Origin: Lama guanicoe
Taxonomy: Eukaryota
NCBI GenBank assembly: GCA_013239625.1
Contig: MU053559.1
Location: forward strand, 2,400,324-2,464,323
Direction: 5' to 3'
Length of the DNA: 64,000 nucleotides
Within the stretch, counting starts at the first letter, position 1. Each line of letters begins with the position of its first letter. The notes beneath the pieces are model-generated. The model was not told the origin of the DNA and did no database searches. It saw only the letters and a list, made by a program, of their open reading frames with translations. Shown here one piece after another: positions 49,060 through 62,317 of the stretch. The translations under genes and the position numbers were made by a program.

Positions 49060-49200
49060 GGCTGCTCATTATTTATATGCATGCCTGCCTTTCCCCATGA
49101 GACTATGTGAGTTCCCTGAAGCAGAAACTAGGTCCCTGTTCTATCTGCCTCTTTTCTCACTGTCTGGCAGCTGTGTTCAATAAGTATTTGTTGAATTGTA
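49060..49200 (+). mobile_element. L2 3' end
   Basis: agactatgtgagttccctgaagcaga...tgttcaataagtatttgttgaatt. Confidence 0.65.
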
Positions 49201-49284
49201 CTGGAAGTAAAATATGAAGGCAAAACTTTAGAATTTTTCCCTCTTAATATTTAGATTGATAATTAAGAGAGAGATTACATCTTA

Positions 49285-49475
49285 CTCAAGAAATATAGTA
49301 CTGTGTCATCTTAACCTCTCATTGCCTCAGTTTGCCTCTCCATAAAATGGATGTAATAAAAGTATCAAGCTCATAAGGTTATTGTAAGTATTAAATGAGA
49401 TGTTACATGTTAGTGCTTGAAACATTGCCTTATGCAATATTAGGGCAATAAATTACTACCATCGTTATCATTATT
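49285..49475 (+). mobile_element. MIR SINE
   Basis: cttaacctctcattgcctcagtttgcctctccataaaatgg...ggttattgtaagtattaaatgaga. Confidence 0.8.
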
Positions 49476-49499
49476 AAAAAGAACAAACAGCAAAAAAAA

Positions 49500-50746
49500 A
49501 AATACTTCCTACCTCATCAGTAATTATATTAAATGGATAGGAATTAAAATACTTCAAGCAAACAGCGCAAGTTGGCAGAGGTGAAGAATAATTGTCCAAC
49601 TATATGCAATTTACAAAAGAGACACTAGATTAAAAGGCACAAACAGAGGAAAGTTAAAAGATAGAAAAAGGTACACTATGCAGCAGTCACTAAAAGAGCT
49701 AGAATGGCCATACTTACCTCAAGCAAAATAGCCTTGAAGACAAAGAGTTAAAACTTTTGTGCTTCAGAAAACGCTATCAACAAAGTGAAAAGACAGCCCA
49801 CGGATACACAAACCTGAAAAGGGATTTATATTCAGAATAGATAAAGAACTCTTACAACTAAACAATAAAAAGACAGGCAATCCAATTTTAAATAATAGGA
49901 AAATGATTTGAATAGATATTTCTCTAAAGAAGATATACAAATGACCAATATACACATAAAAAGAGCCTCAAGATTGTTCATCATTAAGGAAATGCCCATC
50001 AAAACTACAGTGAGATAACATTTCATACCTATTAGAATGATTACAATTTTGTTTATTTTTTAGACAGAATGTACAAGTGTTGGCAAGGATGTGGGGAAAC
50101 TGGAACCTTCACTCCTTGCTGGTGGAACTATAAAATGGTGCAGCAGCTTTGGAAGCAGTTTTATAGCTCCTCAAACTGTTAAATATAGAGTTACCATATG
50201 ACTTCACAGTTCTACTCTGGTGTATACTCAAGAGAAATGAAAACATATTCCCATACAAAAACTCGTATGCTAATGTTCATAGCAGGATTTATTTATAAAA
50301 GCCGAAAAGTGGAAATCACTCAAATGTCAATCAACTGATGGATCAATAAAATATGGTATATTCAGCCCATGGAATGTTATTCAGCCACAAAAGGAAATTG
50401 GGTAGTGATACACGGTGTAAGATGGATGAACATTAAAAACATTGTGCCAAGTGAAAGAAACCAGTCACAAAAGATCACATATTAAATGACTCCATCTACA
50501 TGAAGTATTTAGAATGGGAAAATCCATAGAGACAGAAAGTAGCTTAGTGGTTGTTAGCAGCTGGGGAGGGTACAATGGTGAGTGATACAGGGTTTCCTTT
50601 TGGGATGATAAAAAGGTTCTCAAATTGAGATACTGGTGCTGCTTGAAAATATCTATAAATATACTGAAAACAACTGAATTGTACACTTTAAGGGGTGAAT
50701 TTCATGGTGTGAAAATTTTATCTCAATAAAGGTGCTATTAAAAAAA
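49500..50746 (+). mobile_element. L1MB-like element: ORF2 EN-region piece (49500-49749) joined to the 3' end (49750-50746)
   Basis: tcagtaattatattaaat...ccaactatatgc...aagagacac, then aaaacttttgtgcttca...; ends tatctcaataaaggtgctattaaaaaa. Confidence 0.8.
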
Positions 50747-50749
50747 TCT

Positions 50750-51066
50750 CTACCCACATTCCCAGATTCTCTGTTCTAATGAATGCCAGAATGATTCATC
50801 CATTTATGCAAGCCACACACCTTCCTTGACAGATCTTGTCCCTACTCTTATTTTCAGTCTATCACCTATTCCTGCCAATTTCTTCTCCTACATATTTCTC
50901 CAGGTTGTTGCTTCCATTTTTCTATCACCACCATCCAAGCCCAATCTTCCACTATTTCTTGCCTGAAATATTCAATGGCCAATTAACTGGTTATCCTGCA
51001 TCCATTCTTATCTGTTCCCCTACTCATTCTTCATCAAACAGCCAGTGTAATTCTTCTAAAATACAA
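50750..51066 (+). mobile_element. L2 fragment
   Basis: caccatccaagccc...tcttgcctgaaatattcaatggcc...actggttatcctgcatcc...cagccagtgtaattcttctaaaat. Confidence 0.65.
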
Positions 51067-51084
51067 AAAAATTTTATGTTAAGA

Positions 51085-52295
51085 AAAAAATTTATTAAGG
51101 TAAAGCTTACATAAAGAAAATATACAAATTCTAAGTGTCTAGCTTTGTGAATAACCACAAAGTGAACACATACATGGAAACACCACCTAGATCAGAAGAT
51201 AAAACATTACTAGCATCTCAGAAGCCCTCCACCTTCATTCGTCATCACCTCTTTCTCTCACTTATCCTAAATCCTATCACTGTATGTGGATTTTACCTAT
51301 TTTTGAAGTATATGTAAAAGGAATCTTTAAAATAATACTCTTATTCCTATGTATTCTTTCACTTGACATTGTGTTGAGAGACTCAACCAGTTATTGTAGC
51401 AGTAGTTTGATCATTGTCATTGCAGTGTAATATTCCATTTTGGGATCTAATATAATTTATCCATTTTGCAGTTGATAGATGGCTGATGTAATAGTCCATT
51501 TCTCGGTTATTAAAAATAAGGCTACTATGAACATGTACAAGTCTTTTAGGATTCATATGTATGCATCTCTGCTGAGTATATACATTGAATTGGAATTACT
51601 GGGCCATAAGATATAAGCATGTTGAGTTTAGTTTTTAGTAGATACTTCCAAGCAGTTTTCCAAAGTGGCTGAATAGATTTACCCTCCCACCAGCCATGTA
51701 TGAGAGTTCCAGTTGCTCTACATTTTCACCAACACATGACATTGTCAGTCTTTTTTAAATTTGGCCATTCTGATGGGTATATAATGGTATCTTCTTGTGG
51801 TCTTAATTAGCATTTCCTGAAATACAAATGAATTGAATACAATTTCGTATGCTTAATGACCATTTAATTATCCACTTTTGTGAAATTCTTATTCAAATAT
51901 TTTGCCCACTTTTCCATTGGTGTGTATCCATCTTTTCCTTATAATATTCTGAATCTGAGTCTCTGTGGCTTGACCACCATTTTTGATGAAAAGAAATTCT
52001 TTAAATGGTCTATTATTTATTAAGCATTGTGGTCTAATCTATCAATTTTCTCCTTTATGATCGGTGCTTTTTGTGTCTTATTGAGAAATCTTTCCCAAGA
52101 TAAAGAAGCTCTTCTGTGCTATCTTCTAGAAGAATTATTGCTTTATCTTTCACAGTGAGGTCCACAATTTATCTGGACCTCACCGTGGAATTAATTTTTG
52201 GTTATGGTGTAAAGTAGAGGTTAAGATTTCTTTTTCTTTCCATATGTTTTTCCAATTGACTTAATACTATATATTGATAAGAATATCCTTTCTTT
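51085..52295 (-). mobile_element. L1ME-like 3' region
   Basis: acaccacctagatcagaagataaaacattactagc...ctcccaccagccatgtatgagagttccagttgctc. Confidence 0.8.
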
Positions 52296-52939
52296 ATCAA
52301 AATGAAAATTGAATTGTGCTGGAATGGAGAGGAGGATAAGCTCTCAGCTTGGGATTCAAAATTATTTCTGATGGATATATTTTAACCTGAAACTAAGACA
52401 TTACAGCAAAAATCCAGCAAGAAAGCCCTTGTTCCCCAGGGTGGGTGAGGAGCCTTCCCATCTAGAAGGAGAATGGAAAAGCAACGGTAAAAAAGTAACC
52501 ATTACTAAGCTGAATCCTATAAAACAACCTAAATAGTTACGAATGAACTGATGGTTATGATTTCACCCCAAATCTCCACAAACTGAAGAAAATTATGTCT
52601 ACCCCTAGACAAATGAGTATTTTCTATGCAGATGACTCTCTGAGGAGAAGAGTACTAGGAAGCCTTTGGGTAGAAAGTAGCTTGATTTCCTTGGGTTACA
52701 GGACTATAGGTCAACTTTGTTTTTCTCATTTCAGGATCACGAAGCCAAACAGAACTGACTTCTCTTTTACCTATGGCGTCCCCACTGGGTGTAAACTACA
52801 GAAACCTTAAATAATCTATTAATCACCCGGAAGCTTTCCTATGACTCAGGTGAGCTAAATAGTCCATATCTACCTCTAGAACTACACATATCACATGATA
52901 TTGAAAGAAACTGCTTATATGCCCATTCTTCTTGTGTTG

Positions 52940-53030
52940 GTTCCACATCTTGTTTATCTTTGATCCCCCAGTATCAGGCCTGGTGCCTGGCACATTGTGG
53001 TGGTTCAATCCATCCATGTTGAATGCACCT
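52940..53030 (+). mobile_element. L2 3' end
   Basis: atcttgtttatctttgatcccccagtatc...gtgcctggcacattgtggtggttcaat. Confidence 0.65.
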
Positions 53031-53799
53031 GAACTACAGTAGTACGAGGATTAACTTGCTCAGAAGTTCCTGCAACTAGGGGCTGAGGAGCAAGTGGGTT
53101 GAAGTATTAGACATACCGCTGAGGCTGCCAGCTTTGGTTGGGGAATCCATGCCAGCCCAGACAACTACTCACTCCAGAGTCATAGAGGAGACTGAAAACT
53201 CGAAAGTGTTGGGACTTGTACATAGGCTCTCAGCTTATAGAGTCAGAGCTCCCTTTGTCATGCACTTATTTCTAAAATTGAATAAATAAATCCAAAAAGG
53301 CAACTGAATGTCCTCCATCTCATGTTTTCTTAAGCCAGCAGCAGACTGTATGACACATCCTTCAAATAACTGTGGTGTTCTGAAGGAGTGTTTTAAAAAA
53401 CACAGCCCTGCCAACAAGAGCACTCAGGGATCTTGTTGTTTATTTTTGAGCATTAAAAGAAGTTAAAATTGGAGTGGTCACTGAGTGTAGACTCATACCA
53501 CACCAGCTCATTGGCCCTTTTTAAAATAGAGATATGCATGTCTCATAGACTGCTTTGGAAAAAAAAAAGGTTCTATGCTAGAAGCCATTAAAACTTCGAA
53601 AAATGCAACATGATTTTAAAAACACCATCCCAAATAATTTCGTTGGTGCTTGAAAGTTTTTTTAAAATCTCTGTAGATAATATAGAAAACTAGCATGATA
53701 GCTTAGCTCCATCGTTAGTCTTACTTACTGTAGTTGGTAGCCTACAACAGTTAAGTAATTACCTACCATAGCAGGATCCAGAAGAGGGCAGAGGTTTTT

Positions 53800-54299
53800 G
53801 GTCAGGTTTTCTCCATTTACACCACCATCATGTGTATTCTTTGCCCTTTTATGCTCTGCTGTGTATCCCAGGGAGCCCTATGGTTGGTATTACCCAAGCC
53901 TTCTTGCCAATTGACTTCTGGATGGGCTACTACAATGGAAGCATTCATGGGTGATTGAAAAGTACTAGGAGAGAGAGGTTGAGGTATTTCTTCCCCTGCT
54001 TTTCTCCATTCATTAGTGCCACATTTCTGGCATGGTTGTAACCCTATGAGACTATAGCTCCTTCTGGGAAGCTTCCCCCTCTGCCTCATTCATGGTTCAG
54101 GTAACATGGTTTTTTCCCATTGACCCTTCAGGCCTAGGAGTAATAATGGTGTTCTACTGACACTAGTCTCTAACTGCCTCAACATTTTTGTTGGATTTCT
54201 TGACCAAGTCCATACCTCTGTAAGTAGTCCCTTCATTAATGTATTTTATTTGCTTTATCTTGTTGAATACAGTTATCTTCTAGGACCTCAAATGACACA
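53800..54299 (+). mobile_element. ERVL solo LTR (LTR33-like)
   Basis: ttctccatttacaccacc...gagagaggttgaggtatttcttcccc...cccttcaggcctagg...gtagtcccttcattaa...tgacaca. Confidence 0.65.
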
Positions 54300-54984
54300 A
54301 GCTAAATTTCATGTAATTTGTAGAGTCCACTTCATATCACAATTGAAGTAAAGCTTCCCTACCTCCCCTGGCAAGCACTGAACTAAAGGAGAAAACAGCA
54401 AAGCCATTCTTTGTAACTCATTAACAGAGATTTATAATTCATCATGGAGTTACCAGTGAAGCTCAAAAATAGGAAATATGATTTTAAAGGCATTTTAAGA
54501 CCCCACTCCACTACAAGAGATCCATGAATATAAAAGGGGGAAATAGTGTGAAAGTTTTAAATCAAGGGATACATTCACAAAAAGAAAAAACCTACATTAA
54601 CAAGGCAAAAGGCAAACAAATGACATCCAGTGTTTACATAAAGTATGGAGACGTGATGCTATCACTTAGTTGGGCTGCAATAACAATTCATCCCCTCCCG
54701 CTCCTATTATTGCTCCAATAAAATTCAAATCACGGTTCTTTTAAAGAATGACAAACATGCACCAAGACTGAGCATTGCAATTAGCCCTATCCCATTAGTG
54801 CCTGAGGTGAGTGGATGCAAACATGGGTCAGGAGGTGGACTCAGGAGAGCTGAAACAAGATTGGAAGCTAAAGATGAAGAACATTCAGACTCCTGGTAGA
54901 TTCTAAGTAAATATAAAGCTGGATGAAAAGAATGGTCACATTTAGAATAGGTCCAGACTGGACAGAGGGTCTGACTACTGTTGA

Positions 54985-57900
54985 AGCAAGACTTTTATAG
55001 TATGTATGCAGTGAATAATGTTATCTGAAGGCAGACTGTAATAACTTAAATCCTAAAGCAACTACTAATAAGTAATAAGCCAACAATGAAAATAAAATAG
55101 AATCATTAAAAAATCAATCCAAAAGAAGATAAAGAAAAAAGAAGAAGGGAGCAAAGCTCAGAAGGGACAAAGAAAGCGACTAGCAAGATGGTAGATTAAA
55201 ACCTAACCATATTAATGATTAGATGGCATGTAGAAGATAAAAACACTTCAATAAAAAGGTGAGTTTGTCAGATTGAATAAAAAAGCAATACTCAACTATA
55301 TTCTTCCTATGGAGATCCAAATAAGTTAAAGATAGAAAAAGATATACCACACTAACACTAATCAAAAGAACGCTGGAGTTGCTATATTAATACTAGACAA
55401 AGGAGATTTCCAAACAAAGCATATTACCAGGGATAAAGAAGGCCATTTCATAATGATTAAGAAATCAATTCATCAAATAGACTTTGCCATTTAAAAAATT
55501 TATATGCATAATAACAAGCTTCAAAATGCATAAAGTAGGACTAATAAAAATGCAAAAAGAGGCAAATCCATAACCATAGTTGGAGATTTAAATACTCCCC
55601 CAAATAACTGATAGAATAAGTAGATAGAAAATCAGCAAGGATATAGATTTAGTCAACACTTTCAGTTGTCATGGCCTAATTTACATTTATAGAACACTTT
55701 ACCCAACAATAGCAAAATACACATTCTTTTCAAGCACACATGGAATATTTACCAAGATAGATCATAGTCTGGGCCATAAAACAAGCAATAAATTTTAAAG
55801 GATTCAAAATCATAAAAAAATATGTCCTCTCACCACAGTGGAATTTCTTTTAAAATCAATAGTAGAGAGATCTTTGGAAAATCCCTAAAATTTTGGAAAC
55901 TGAATAACACACATCTAGGCAGCTCATAGGTCAAAAAAGATATTAAAAGAGAAAGTAGAATGTATTTTGAACTGAATTAAAAAGAACAACATATCAAAAT
56001 TTGTGAAATGTCAATCCAGCAGTGATTAGAGGAAATTTATAGCATTAAGCACCAATATTAGAAAAACGGAAAGGTTTCAAATCAATCACCTTAGCTTCCA
56101 CCTTAAACAACTAGAGCAAAAGAGAAAATTAAACCAAAATTAAGCAGAAGAAAGTAGATAATAAATATGAGAGGAAGTCAATGAAACAGAAAACAGAAAA
56201 ATAATAGAACAAAATCAATGAAACCAAAACCTAATTCCTTGGATAGATCAATAAAATTGATTAAACTCTAGCCAAACTGATCAGGAAAAAAAGGAAGACA
56301 CAATTACTAATATCCAGAATGAAAGAGGGAATATCATTAGGGAGTCTACAGATATTATAAGGATAGCAGACTTTATAATTTTATTCCATTATATTCAGAT
56401 GAAATTGAAAAATTGCTTGAAAGATACAAAATATGAAAGCTCATTCAAGAAAAAATAGAAAATGTGAATTTCCCTGTATCTATTAGAGAAAATGAATTTG
56501 TAGTTAAAAACCTTCCTTATATAAGAAACTCCAGGCCCAGGTAACTTCACTGGTGAATTCCACCAAATATTTAATAAAGAACTAATTCTAATTCTACACA
56601 AACACTTTCATAAAATTGAAAACAATGGAATACTTCCCAGCTCATTCTATGAGGCCATAGTTTCTCTGGTACCAAAACCAAATAGACATTACAAGAAAAG
56701 AAAACTACAAAACAATATTTCTCACATACCTAGATGCAAAAATTCACAACGATATTTACAAATCAAATTCAACAAAATGGACAGTATATAATAACCAAGT
56801 GGGGTTTGTCAAAGAAATGCAGTTGGCTTAACATTTTAAAAAGCAGTAAGTGCAATTAATCATATTAACAAAATTTAAAAAATATGATCACCTGAAGAGT
56901 CCTAGAAAAAATTTGACAAAATCCAACACCCATTCCTAATTTTAAAAAAAAGAACTCACACAGCAAAAAAAATGTGACAATGAATATATGTATGTTCATG
57001 TAAAACTGAAAAATTGTGCTCTACGCTGGAATTTGACACAACATTGTAAAATGACTGTAACTCAATTTTAAAAAGTTAAAAAAATAAAATAAAATAAAAT
57101 ACATCACACACACACACACACACAAACTCAGCAAACTAGGAGTAGAAGGAAAATTTCTCAAACTGATGAAGGGCATCCACACACACAAAAAATAACAGCT
57201 AACACCATACTTAATAGTCAAAAAGTTAATGCTTTCTCTCTAAGATTAGAAACAAGACAAGAATGTCCATTTATATGACTTTTATTTAACTGTGTAATAG
57301 AGGTTCTAGCCATAGCAATAAGGCAAGGAAAGAAATAAAAACACCCAGACTGCAAAGAAAGAAGTAAAACAGTCTTTATTTGCAACATGATCATGTATGT
57401 AGAAAACCTGATGGGATCCACAAAAAATCTATTAGAATTAATAGATGAATTTAACAAGGTTGTAGAATAAAAGATCAATATATAAAAATTAAAGTATTTT
57501 TGATATATAATACCAGAAACAATCAAAAATTGAAATAAAAACCAGTACCTTTTATAATAGCCTCAAAAATGTTAAATATTTGGGGAAAAACCTAACAAAA
57601 GATGTGAAAGATCTCCACATGAAAAACTACAAAATATTGATAAAAGAAATTAAAGAACACCTAAGTAAATGGACCAATATACTATGTTCATGAATTGAAA
57701 GAACAAATATTGTTAAGATGTTAATTCTCTCCTAATTGAACTATAGATTTAATACAATCCCATTATAAATTTCTGCAGACTTTTTGTAAAAATTGACAAT
57801 TTGATTGATTGGAAAATTCATATGGCTAAGAAAAGGACCAAAAATAGACAATTTTAAGAGTTTTAAACAAGTTAAGAAAGAACAAAAAACTTGTTTTACT

Positions 57901-59360
57901 GCATGACTTAACATAAAGCTACAGTAATCAATACAGTGTGATATCTGTGTAAAGACATGCAAATTGGAACAGAATAAAAAAAACAGAAATAGACCCATAC
58001 ATATGTGGTCAATTTTTTTTAGTGCAAAAACAATTAAGTGAGAAAAGAATAATCTTTTCGACAAATGAGGCCGAAGTAATTTGGTATCTTATGCAAAAAA
58101 AACCCCTACAACCTATATCTTGTATCATATACAAAAATTTTTGTATTCAAAATAGAGCATAGACATTTCTAGAAAAAAATTACAAGACAGCGTTCATGAC
58201 CTTGGATTAGGCAAAGATGTCTTAGATACAACATCAAAAGAAGAATCCATAAAAGAAAAAATTTGATGTATGGAACATCATCAAAGTTAAAATTTCTGCT
58301 CTACTAAAGACACTGTTAAAGAGAATAAAAAGATAAGATGCATACTGAGAAAAAAATCATACATGTGATAACATATATCATGTGTATGCTGTGTATGTAC
58401 ACACACACACATACACAAAACAATTTGTATCCAGAAAGTGTAAAGAACTCCCAAAGCTCAGTAATTTTTCAAAAGTCCCAAATTTAAAAATTAGGCAAAA
58501 GATTTGAACACACACTTCAGGAATATATACAGATAGCAAACAAGCACATAAAAAGATGCTCACCTAGTCATTAGGAAAATACAAATTAGAACCGCAATGA
58601 GACACCATACACATCTATTCAAATGGATACCATCAAAAAGACTTACATAGACATAGTAAGTGTTTGGTGAGGATGTGGAGGAACTGGAACTCCCATACAC
58701 TGTAGTGGAAATATAAAACCACTTTAGAAAAGAGTGTGGCAGTTTGTTAAAAAGTGCCACATATACCTATCATATGATCCAGCTGTTAACCTTTAGGTAT
58801 TTGCTCAAGCAGAATGAAAGCATACATCCCTACAAAGACTTGTACATAAATAAATGTTTATAGCAGCTTTGTTTGTAATAGCCCCAAACTAAAAATAATC
58901 CTAAAGTCTATAAACAGGCGAATGGATAAGCAAAATTGTGATATAGCCACATGGAATACTATCCAGAAATAAGGAGGAATAGACTGATACCGATACACAC
59001 CACCAAATGAGTGCATCTCAAAATAAGCATGCTGAGTGAAAAAAAATCCAGGAAAAAAAGGACTGCATACTCATTTATGACCATTTATATAAAATTCTAT
59101 AAATTGCAAAATGATCGATCAGTGGTAGCACGAGGTTACGTTTTTGTGAGGGGAAGGTTTGGCAGGAGGGAGGGATTATAAAGGAGCATGGGACATTGTT
59201 GAGCTCATAGGTATTTTCATTATCTTGATGTGGTTAGGGGTTGTTGATGGTGTCATGGGTGTGTACGTATGCCAAAACTTACCAAATTACACATTTTAAA
59301 TACGTGCATTTAATTGTATAGCAATAAGGCCTCAATAAGATGAATAAAAAGTTAAAAAAG
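54985..59360 (+). mobile_element. Long degenerate L1 (L1MC/L1MD-like), most of ORF2 plus 3' UTR
   Basis: Continuous A-rich ORF2-like sequence (ccaggcccaggtaacttcactggtgaattccaccaa; accaaaaccaaatagacattacaagaaaagaaaactac) with many stops and frameshifts. Confidence 0.85.
56958..57124 (+). mobile_element. Camelid L1 3' tail with (TAAAA)n and (CA)n, nested in old L1
   Basis: aaaaaaatgtgacaatga...ctgaaaaattgtgctctacgctggaatttgacacaacattgtaaaatgact. Confidence 0.85.
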
Positions 59361-59534
59361 AAAAGGAGAAAGAAAACTCACTGCTCTATAACATACCTCT
59401 GCTGATAGAGTGGATGTTGCACGTGCTAAAATATATTCCTCTTACGGTAGATTTATAGCACGAGGTGGTAAGCTCCTTGAAGGTAGGGACAATATTTCAT
59501 ACACCGTTATTATTATTTTAAAATATTTTTCAGA

Positions 59535-60470
59535 GTATATTGATCAGCGTTCTGGCAGAAATTGGTGAAATATTCAAATTAGGTAACTTAAGAAGATTTT
59601 AATGACATTCTCCAGGAGCATCCATGTTGCTGCAAATGGCATTATATTGTCGGTTTTAATGTCATTCTAAGTGAAGTGAGCCAGAAAGAGAAAGAAAAAT
59701 ACCATATGAGATCGCTCATATGTGGAATCTAAAAAATAAAAACAAACAAACAAACAAAAACAAAGCATAAATACAGGACAGAAATAGACTCACAGACAGA
59801 GAATACAGACTTGTGGTTACCAGGGGGGGTGGAGGGTGGGAAGGGATAGACTGGGATTTCAAAATTGTAGAATAGATAAACAAGATTACACTGTATAGCA
59901 CAGGGAAATATACACAAAATGTTATGATAAATCACAGAGAAAAAAATGTGACAATGAGTGTGTATATGTCCATGAATGACTGAAAAATTGTGCTGAACAC
60001 TGGAATTTGACACAACATTGTAAAATGATTATAAATCAATAGAAAATGTTAAAAAAAAAGAAGATTTTAATAAAGGGATCTTTTACCAAGATGAGGTGAG
60101 AGTTTATAGCTCTCACGCACAGGTTAGTATATTATGACAGACAGGTTACAGTGGAGTTTTATTATCACCGCTGGGCCAGAGAGGGTGAGGGGAAGATGTG
60201 TTTACCAGAACCTGGACTCAGAAAGACCTATGTGAAGAGCGCTGTGACCTCCAGTAGGGAATACAGCCAGCCTCAACCAGCCTGCAGTGGGAACGCTGGT
60301 GTAGTAATTAACTGAAATCACCATCCCGGTGTCCTATAGGTGCTTCCCATTGGACAAACCCAACCAGAAATCAGAGCGCAGGAAGGCCATGTCGTCTATA
60401 CAGGTCACTCTCCGTCCACAGAAGAGTGGAAGATGTGTCTGGCGGTGCAAATGGAGATAACGCAGCATAT
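59535..60470 (-). mobile_element. ERVL solo LTR (LTR33-like) interrupted by a young L1
   Basis: gtatattgatcagcgttctggcagaaa...ttttaataaaggga...ttcccattggacaaacccaaccagaaatcagag...gcaaatggagataacgcagcat. Confidence 0.7.
59601..60057 (+). mobile_element. Young camelid L1 3' end with 5' inversion (twin priming)
   Basis: Inverted 59601-59658 plus direct 59658-60057; 14-bp TSD aagaagattttaat at 59590-59603 and 60058-60071. Confidence 0.95.
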
Positions 60471-60829
60471 TGGGCATCTAGAACCATGTTGAACATGTGT
60501 TCACTTTGCAAATTCTTTTTATCTGATGCATGAATTGTTGATTTTTAAAACTTGACAAAACCATCATATTCTGCTTTAGAAGGATGACTATGCATTGGCA
60601 TTTGAAAGCACTTCTTTTTTAGGACCATCTGCAAATTCAATTGACAGTTATTTTCTCACTGTTGCCTCCTCTGCCCTTCCAGTTCCATTAAAATTATGCC
60701 AAATAAAAACTTTCCAAAATTATTACTTGATTTTTCTTAAGCATTATTCTTTAGAGCAGAGATTAGGTAAACTGTAAACTTTAGTTAGAGCTCTGATTTT
60801 TTGAAGTGTCCCTCTAAAAGTTTCCATAT

Positions 60830-60975
60830 TCAGAGAAATTTGGGAAGCTCTCAATTAAACAAAGCTAAGCCAATTTATGCTAAAATTTCTTAGTGCTCTT
60901 AATATGCAACTGTGCTTGAATTACTTTCCTGGAATAGGTAAAAGACACGATATTTCCTAAACTTATTTCATTGGA
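60830..60975. mobile_element. MER103-like hAT remnant
   Basis: tttgggaagc...ttaaacaaagctaagc...ttaatatgc...tatttcctaaacttattt. Confidence 0.45.
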
Positions 60976-61042
60976 TTTTTTTAAATTGAAGTATAGTCAG
61001 TTACAATGCATCAATTTTTGGTGTACAGCATAATGTCTCAGT

Positions 61043-61080
<38 letters not shown>

Positions 61081-61514
61081 TTCATTTTCATATTCTTTTT
61101 CATTAAAGCTTATTACAAGATATTGAAAATAGTTCTCTGTGCTATGCAGAGAAAATATGTTGTTTATCTATTTTTATATATAGTAGTTAATATTTGCAAA
61201 TCTCCAACTCCCAAATTTATCCCTTCTCACCCCCTTTCCCCCAGTAGCCCTAAGACTGTTTACTGGGTCTGTGAGTCTGTTTCTGTTTTGTAGATCATTA
61301 GTGTCTTCTTTTTTTCTTTTTCTAGATTCCACATATGAGTAATATCATATGGTATTTTTCTTTCTCTTTCCGGCTTACTTCACTTAGAATGACCATCTCC
61401 AGGTCCATCCATGTTGCTGCAAATGGCATTATTTTATTCTTTTTTATGGCCGAGTAGTATTCCATTGTATACATATACCACAAATTTATCCAGTCATCTG
61501 TTGATGGACATTTG
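60976..61514 (-). mobile_element. Camelid L1 3' end with internal (TA)n
   Basis: ORF2 C-terminus [35 protein letters not shown]...LICGI* and 3' UTR. Confidence 0.95.
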
Positions 61515-61783
61515 ATCTGATTTTTTTCATCTTGAGAAACTAGTGTTCTATAAAGCTGTCTGGAAAACATAAGAAAGACATGGATATAGAAGTTAACAGT
61601 GCTCCAAAGTTCCATCCATTCGTAGACAAACATAAGAGGGTAGTATTTGCCAGGGCCCTTGTAAGATGAAATGTGGATGAAGATGTAGAGGAGGGTCTGG
61701 GGAAGGCTGGAGGCAGGTCCCTGGATAGGTTAGGTGCTGGGTCCCAGTTCATGCTTCTTTAAGCTAATCCTTTCTCCTCAAAG

Positions 61784-62066
61784 TCATAAAATCATAGAAT
61801 ATTAAAGTTGGAAGGGACATTAGAAGATGTCTAGCCTAAGACCCTCGTTTGGGAGACAGGAAACTCAGGTTTAGGGAAATCAAGGGATTTAAGTAGAAGA
61901 AAAGGAATAAGAGGATGAAAAGGGGTGGGGAGAAGAAGGAAGAGGAGGGGAGAGGAAAAGAAGGGGGAGGGAGAGGAGAAGAAGAAGGGAGGAGGAAGGG
62001 GAAGAGGAAGAAATAGAAGAAGACAGAATGACTTCTCCTGACTCCCCAGTCCAGTGTTCTTTCCAC
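61784..62066 (-). mobile_element. MIR3-like SINE split by a polypurine tract
   Basis: tcatagaatattaaagttggaagggacattaga...ggaaactcagg; resumes tctcctgactccccagtccagtgttctttccac. Confidence 0.7.
61891..62023 (+). repeat. GA-rich low-complexity tract
   Basis: 87 consecutive purines at 61927-62013. Confidence 0.9.
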
Positions 62067-62317
62067 GGGGCCGCACAGTGACTTGAAGTCAAAGAGAAAC
62101 AGATGTTAAGCAGAGAAGACTCCAAAGCATGACCATGAAATAACTTGAAACTCACCCAGCTGTATGCAGATGCACTTGGTCTTGCCAACTCTTTCATATT
62201 CCTAAGGGGTGCCCTTAAGACTATCCTAATGAAGAGATTTTAGAAACAGGAATGGTACCCCCAAGAAAAGTGAAAAAATCTATTTACTGCTTTTTCTTGT
62301 TGATTTAAAGAATACCT

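Noticed and set aside
18754..51066. L2+L1 at 18.7-19.6 kb and L1+L2 at 49.7-51.1 kb as two halves of one split element
   Set aside because: The two L1 pieces overlap the same ORF2 segment and are clearly diverged from each other, so they are separate copies.
44905..60470. Three LTR33-like elements as paired LTRs of a provirus
   Set aside because: Orientations are mixed, divergence is high, and no gag/pol-like sequence lies between them.
61831..62197. Pro/Ser/Phe/Leu-rich minus-strand ORFs
   Set aside because: They are translations of the low-complexity polypyrimidine strand.
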